The translations under genes and the position numbers were made by a program. From Marsupella aquatica (taxonomy: Eukaryota; Plantae; Marchantiophyta): a stretch of DNA of 64,000 bases. Shown one piece after another: positions 58,501-64,000 of the stretch. The DNA is taken from positions 6,233,708-6,297,707 of the forward strand of contig OZ316891.1 in NCBI GenBank assembly GCA_973895155.1. Direction: 5' to 3'. The number at the start of each line of letters is the position of its first letter. Position 1 is the stretch's first letter. The notes below the pieces were generated by a model. That model did no database searches. It had not been told where the DNA came from and saw only the letters and a program-made list of their open reading frames with translations.

Positions 58501-60596
58501 CCAGTCCACCACCGTGCAGGTAGATAGCTTTCAATGTCTCCCATCTAGGGATGTACCCTCGTGGCTGCTGTATGCCATTGCATTTACGCCCCGGCCCAGA
58601 TGCACGCAGCAGCTCTCGTCAATTACATTGTACCTACAGTAATTGTATATTCCTTCATCTTCCCACTCACTCTTCAATACGACTTCACTATAGCCAGCAG
58701 CCCATGTTCAACCATAACTATGCATACACCCAGTTCTCCAATCAAGCTGTTGGACAACCTCCTTGAGCGACATCTGGTCAGCTTGGTTAAGCTTTATTCA
58801 CTATCCAGACCTACGGATTTGCTTTCCACACCGAGACGAATTTTAGCATGTGGACATTTCAATATCACCCACATCCCATCCAACCACATTTTCTCTAATG
58901 CTTTCCTGAATGCATGGCCGACGAATAAAAGGAACGTAGACGTTGCATGGAATCTCAACTTTAGTATGTACGACCAATTTCTGAGTGACGTTTTGGCTTA
59001 CTGTGCTCCACCGCAAGCTATGTAACAGATGTGATGTGCAAGCTACTGTAGTTTCGGAGTCGTTCTGCAATGATATAAAGCTATCATGTGGACAACTTTC
59101 TGGAAATTCCCGTACAAGACCGTATGAGAGGAAGCTCAAAAGGTATTCAACTAGTCCTCCACTAGTCAAGTCAATAGTAAAAATTCCCGTTTGAGTCCAG
59201 TGACAGCATGGAAAGTATTCCCCGTAAATTGAGTCCAGTGAAGTTTTGGTTCAAGCTCGTCATTAAGGATCGGCGGACGTCTTAAGAAGAACTGTGCTGG
59301 TTGAAAGATAAATCTGAGCCAAGCCCGTGAACCATACGGTTAGGGACAGTACACTACAAGTACAGTAGCTAGCAAGCGCGCAAGGCAGCAGGTTTGCGTT
59401 GAACATATCTTGTTGGGTGAGAGCCGTATGATCTGCAGAGTTTTCATGAGCAACCATATACTGTATTTTATGCGACTTCAAGCTGATACTTGAAAGTAAT
59501 TTGTGCTGTCAGCCTAGTGATGAGATCTGAGAAGAAGAAGAAGCTTATTGATTAGGTATTGGTTTCCATGACGTACATGTAAAACAACTTCATACAGTAC
59601 GCCAACAGCAGCCTTGATTGCAGTAGTGTGGTGTCGTTGTCGTCGTTATGGCATTTGGCGTACCGTGGGGAGAGCTGTCGTCGGAGTCTTGTAGACCTGG
59701 GCCGCCAGGTGAAGCCAACCAAAAGCGGTGACATGTCTCAAATTGAATATGGAAAGAATGCACGCGGAAAAGAGGGGAGGTCAGTCGGTGGTCGAGATCT
59801 TTCAAGAAGTATTGATATATTGTTCTTTCACTCACTCACTTCCAGTTGGTTGGGAAAGGAGCCAGCCATCGTTGTGCACATACTACTAGACATTACGGGG
59901 TGGTTGATGGACCTACCACCTTAAAAATTCTTCAACATTTGACTTCTTTTATCTCGTAAGAGACGGCAACAAACCGCATTGAAAGACAGGTACAGCGCCA
60001 GGTTGCATTGGAAGAATCGCTCTCCTCTTTCAGTTTTGAGTGATGTTTATATCGATCGTAGTGCTCAAGCTGAGAAGTTGACTGAAGTGGCAGCTAATCT
60101 ATAACTCCTGCTAATAAACGCTTCAGGATAGATCTCTGTAATCTGTATGGACCGTTCTAGCTAGACGCAATCCGTTCCAACCAAACTCTCATTCAAGCTG
60201 CTGGCGACTTGAGCTCTAGCCAGCTTCATTGCTCTGACTCACCAGAGTAAATCGAGCGTCAGTCAGAACATACAAATTTCCGCTATGGGTCGACTGACAT
60301 GGAAGTGTTTGACTGTTGTGTTGTCCTGTTGAGAAGGTGAGGTCGACATTCGTCGGAGCCAAGGTGGAGCATTAGCTCTGTTTTAGAGTTGGACCGTGGC
60401 AGCTAATTTCTGCTGGCCGGATAGGATATATGAGTGCTGCTGCAGATTCTGATTGTCTAGACTTCACTTCTCTGCAACGAGAAGTAAACTATTCCAGCAT
60501 CCATTGAGCTCATTATTTTCAAGTAGCAGGTTGCCTACAAGGAGCTTCATTCTAGAACAAGGTGAGGAAGAGGAGGGGTTGGGTAGCCCATCAAAG

Positions 60597-63500
60597 ATGT
60601 CAACGAGGAGTTTTGGGTCGATAATCTCCAGAGGCCCGGACCAACCTGGCGATGGAGAACCGGGGCGTGACTCACATTCAGGGAGCCTGAGTCCCTTGAG
60701 CGAGTCACTGTGGAGGAACAACCCCAAGTCAAGCAAAACGGATGTGTCTGAGCTGACTGGCGACATATCAGCAAGACTGACCTGGAATGATCTCTGCGTT
60801 TCGGTGACGACTCCCAAGGGGGAAACTCAAAAGGTTCTGCAAGGTCTTAACGGCTACGCTGAGCCTGGATACATGATGGCGATCATGGGGCCCTCCGGAT
60901 CTGGAAAGTCCACACTTCTCGACTCTCTGGCAGGTGAGATATGCAAATATAATTCGGATCACTACTAATCAACTGAATATCGTATGTCCCAACGTTATGA
61001 GTTCATTCTTGCAACAATCCCTACCCCTGCCCTTTTTTTTGGAATTAATAAGAAACTCCCCCAGCGGTTTTCTTCATACTTTCAATGTTTTTCTATGCGC
61101 TGCGATTGAAATTCATACTAGAGTCTACTGAGATAAACTCAACCTCAATCGCTGAACGATCTACTGGATCCAGAGGTTTAGTCTAGAAACTGCCTTTATT
61201 CTATCGCATAGAGAGACTTTGGCAGACATTATCTGGATGATCGAGCTTCTCTGCCGTCGTCACCAGACCTGAGCACCGAATCGTACAAAAGATGCGCTGC
61301 TCAGCTTGATTTATCTTCTATGGAGGGTTCTAAGGTATGCTTTCGAGGGGCACCTCAAATTATCCATAGAAGGAATACGGAATCGTTCAAAATATGACAT
61401 ATCTCTCTACTTTAAAGATACATAGCTAGGTGCTTTCCATGCACTGCATGAGGATCCCTTGCTGATGAGTTTCGATACGGGATCTGGTGTCCCCTCGCAT
61501 TGTAAACATGCCTGCACGGTACTTAAATCAGATCACACCAAATCAATTATGAAGAATCAGGGCGGCCCTATTCCATCGCCCGAGCAAATTAAGAGAACTC
61601 GGGCACGGCCTGTTCAGCTTGCACCAGAGGCAGTTTCTGATCGATGCTTTCTTGTCACAATTAACACAATCTCGTGACTCTGAATCTCGCATATCTACAC
61701 TTGGAGAGCTCATTTCTTCAGGGCTTCTTCACTTCGCAAACGCTAGCACTGATCAACTCTAGAATCTCGACTTGAATAAGTTTCTTTTGGGCTCCGGTCG
61801 TTTGTAACACGTCGGAGAACTAGTAATCTGCATGCCTATATTGCAGCCCGATGACAAATCGTGAAGGCGATCGCGAAATATAAGTGTAAACTTGAAGACC
61901 TCTCATTCGGAAAGCGGTGGTTAGATACCACAGCCGTACGGCAATCAATCCAAAACATAATGAAATGAAATAGCATTAGATGGCTTGGATTGTGGACAGA
62001 AGGATAGACCACCACTTCGTAACTCAATGTACGTGTCTGTTTCGTCTTGTGGATTGGGCAGGGAGGCTGGCGGGGAACGCCACCAAAACTGGTGAAATTC
62101 TCATCAATGGTCGCCGGAAGACCTTGTCTTATGGAATGGCGGTACGTGTTTCAGTCTAACTTTTCATTCAGGAAGACGTCTGGTTATAAGTACATAATAA
62201 GAACATTTCACCATCGAAATGTAGTATGATCTGTATTTATTATCTACCATAGAGAGATCTTCTGAGGATCCTTTCTCTTAGATTTAGCCCCGAGTGCGGG
62301 ACGATCATTGTGTAACGGCGGGTTGGTTTGCAGGCATACGTAACACAGCAAGACGATTTGATCGGAACGCTGACGGTTCGAGAGTCGGTGTACTACTCAG
62401 CTAGTCTGAGGTTGCCGGATTCCATGCCCAGGGCTGATAGAAAGGCCATAGCGGAAAGTACTATAGAGGAAATGGGGTTGAAGGAGTGTGCAGATACTCC
62501 CATCGGGAACTGGCATCTCAGAGGCCTGAGCGGCGGTGAGAAAAGGCGGGTTAGCATCGCCCTGGAGATCCTCACTCGTCCTCGCGTCCTGTTTCTTGAT
62601 GAACCAACTAGTGGACTCGACAGGTGAGCAGAATTACGTCCAAGATTGTCCATGCCATCGAAGCACATTTCTTAAGTCCGTCAGTAAGAAATTATACCGA
62701 AGTATCATACCCAAAGATTATTTCGCGAGTCTCGAGAATTCGGCTAATGTTGTGGGATCCTTACGATGCTTGACTACCGTCATTTCTGGAGTGGAAACTC
62801 TCTGGAAACTGACAATCCGGACCTTTGCGAAACCTGTCCGCACACCTTTGACGCATTTATTATGCGCTACGCTAGATTTCTTTTCACGACCTTATTAATT
62901 AATGTTAGTTATATATCTGTGATTAAGAAACACAGCATATAGTTGAATTGAATGACTGCCGACATGGAACAACATCAGAGAGCTCAAACACACGAAGCGC
63001 TCTGTGCCCCTTTTTGTGACTTTCGAATATAGCCAGCAAAATAGGATGTGTTGTCTCACTCGTACACACCTATGGTTGTTGAAAAGCAAGACTTCCGTCA
63101 GTAAGCAGCAGTGAGTTTATCACGCTTAGATAATAATCATTGGGCACAGATAGCGTTTGTACCTCCACTCCCTTATTTATACTGCCCAGGTAGTGGAGTA
63201 ATTGAGGTCAGAGGCCTAATTGAGAGCTCGGACAACTAACCCCATGTATCGCATTCCCACTTCTTTCTGGCGAATGTATTTATGTTTCATCTTGAGTAGT
63301 GGATTGCCAGCTAAGTTGATCGTACTAAATCACATACTTTATTACTTTATTTCCAAACCTTTTGAGTGGAGCTCTCAAGGACGAGTGGATTGGATTGTTA
63401 TGCTTTAATCACGTACCCTCTTGAGTTAGTCGTGGTGGGGAGCTACTACTAAGAATGGGAATGCCCAAGACGTATTCCATCATTGGGTTTTCTTTAATCG

Positions 63501-63898
63501 CCTTCTTGATTTCGTCGTGATGGGGAGCTACTAGAGGAATTGGAATGTCCGAGACTTACTCCATCATTCAGACAGCCAGACTGGAACCTAATTGCTAGCA
63601 GTACCCAGCAGACACAAGCACATATCAATTACAGGTTTCTGATGACAGGATCGCAAGAATAGGTCTCTGCTGTTGACGTCGCTGTGATTTGCACTGGGAT
63701 TGACCAAATTCATTTAAGTTTTGCAGCGCTTCAGCTTTCTTCGTGGTGACTACTCTGAGGAGTTTAGCCCGGGATGGGCGAACTGTCATCGCTTCAATCC
63801 ATCAGCCAAGCAGCGAAGTATTTGAGCTCTTTGACAACCTGTATCTCTTATCGTCCGGCAAAACAATATTTTTCGGGGAAGCACATAGTGCAATTGAG
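60597..63898 (+). CDS. ABCG11: Half-size ABCG transporter, ABCG11/WBC11-like (cuticular lipid export clade); 5' part, continues past the window end
   Basis: Exons 60597-60933, 62062-62141, 62334-62623 and 63727-63898. [10 protein letters not shown]...GDISARLTW, Walker [51 protein letters not shown] and [15 protein letters not shown] are all canonical. Confidence 0.93.
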
Positions 63899-64000
63899 GT
63901 ACAGGCCAAGTGCTTCTAGCGCAATTGTTGAATATTGATACACATTTGCCATCTGGCTCTAGAATGTAGCTATTTAGCCATACCATCACTAAGACAACAC

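Noticed and set aside
57500-59300. Cluster of 60-150-aa ORFs on both strands between the ABCG genes
   Set aside because: No recognisable motif in any frame I translated. It may be a decayed gene, but this cannot be supported without a search.
60453-60596. N-terminal extension of the ABCG11-like ORF
   Set aside because: It begins at TTG; the first ATG is at 60597.

Overview
Eukaryotic land-plant nuclear DNA: GT-AG introns, plant-type telomere repeats and plant ABCG, SIN3 and HEL2 genes. A seed-free lineage such as a liverwort or other bryophyte is my inference only. 1-9.5 kb is a transposon graveyard: a decayed Helitron helicase, a Ty1/copia integrase remnant, five copies of an 8-bp-TSD MITE family (a sixth lies at 54.3 kb) and a ~90-bp-periodic palindrome array. 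10-23.5 kb holds three adjacent intronless genes: a truncated SIN3-like gene with an in-frame 7x83-aa repeat, an intact HEL2/ZNF598 E3 ligase, and a membrane-anchored immunity-related (IRG/p47-type) GTPase. The GTPase looks fungal and is the strongest novelty candidate (possible HGT); a palindromic-motif minisatellite lies upstream of it. 27-36 kb has three poorly characterised genes, including an RIIa/Dpy-30-type docking-domain protein and a 5-exon gene I assembled by hand. 43.9-64 kb has two tandem half-size ABCG genes with identical intron positions over the shared exons. The first (ABCG3-like) has all five ATPase motifs degenerate; the second is a canonical ABCG11-like gene that runs off the window. 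No database searches were possible, so family calls rest on recognised motifs.
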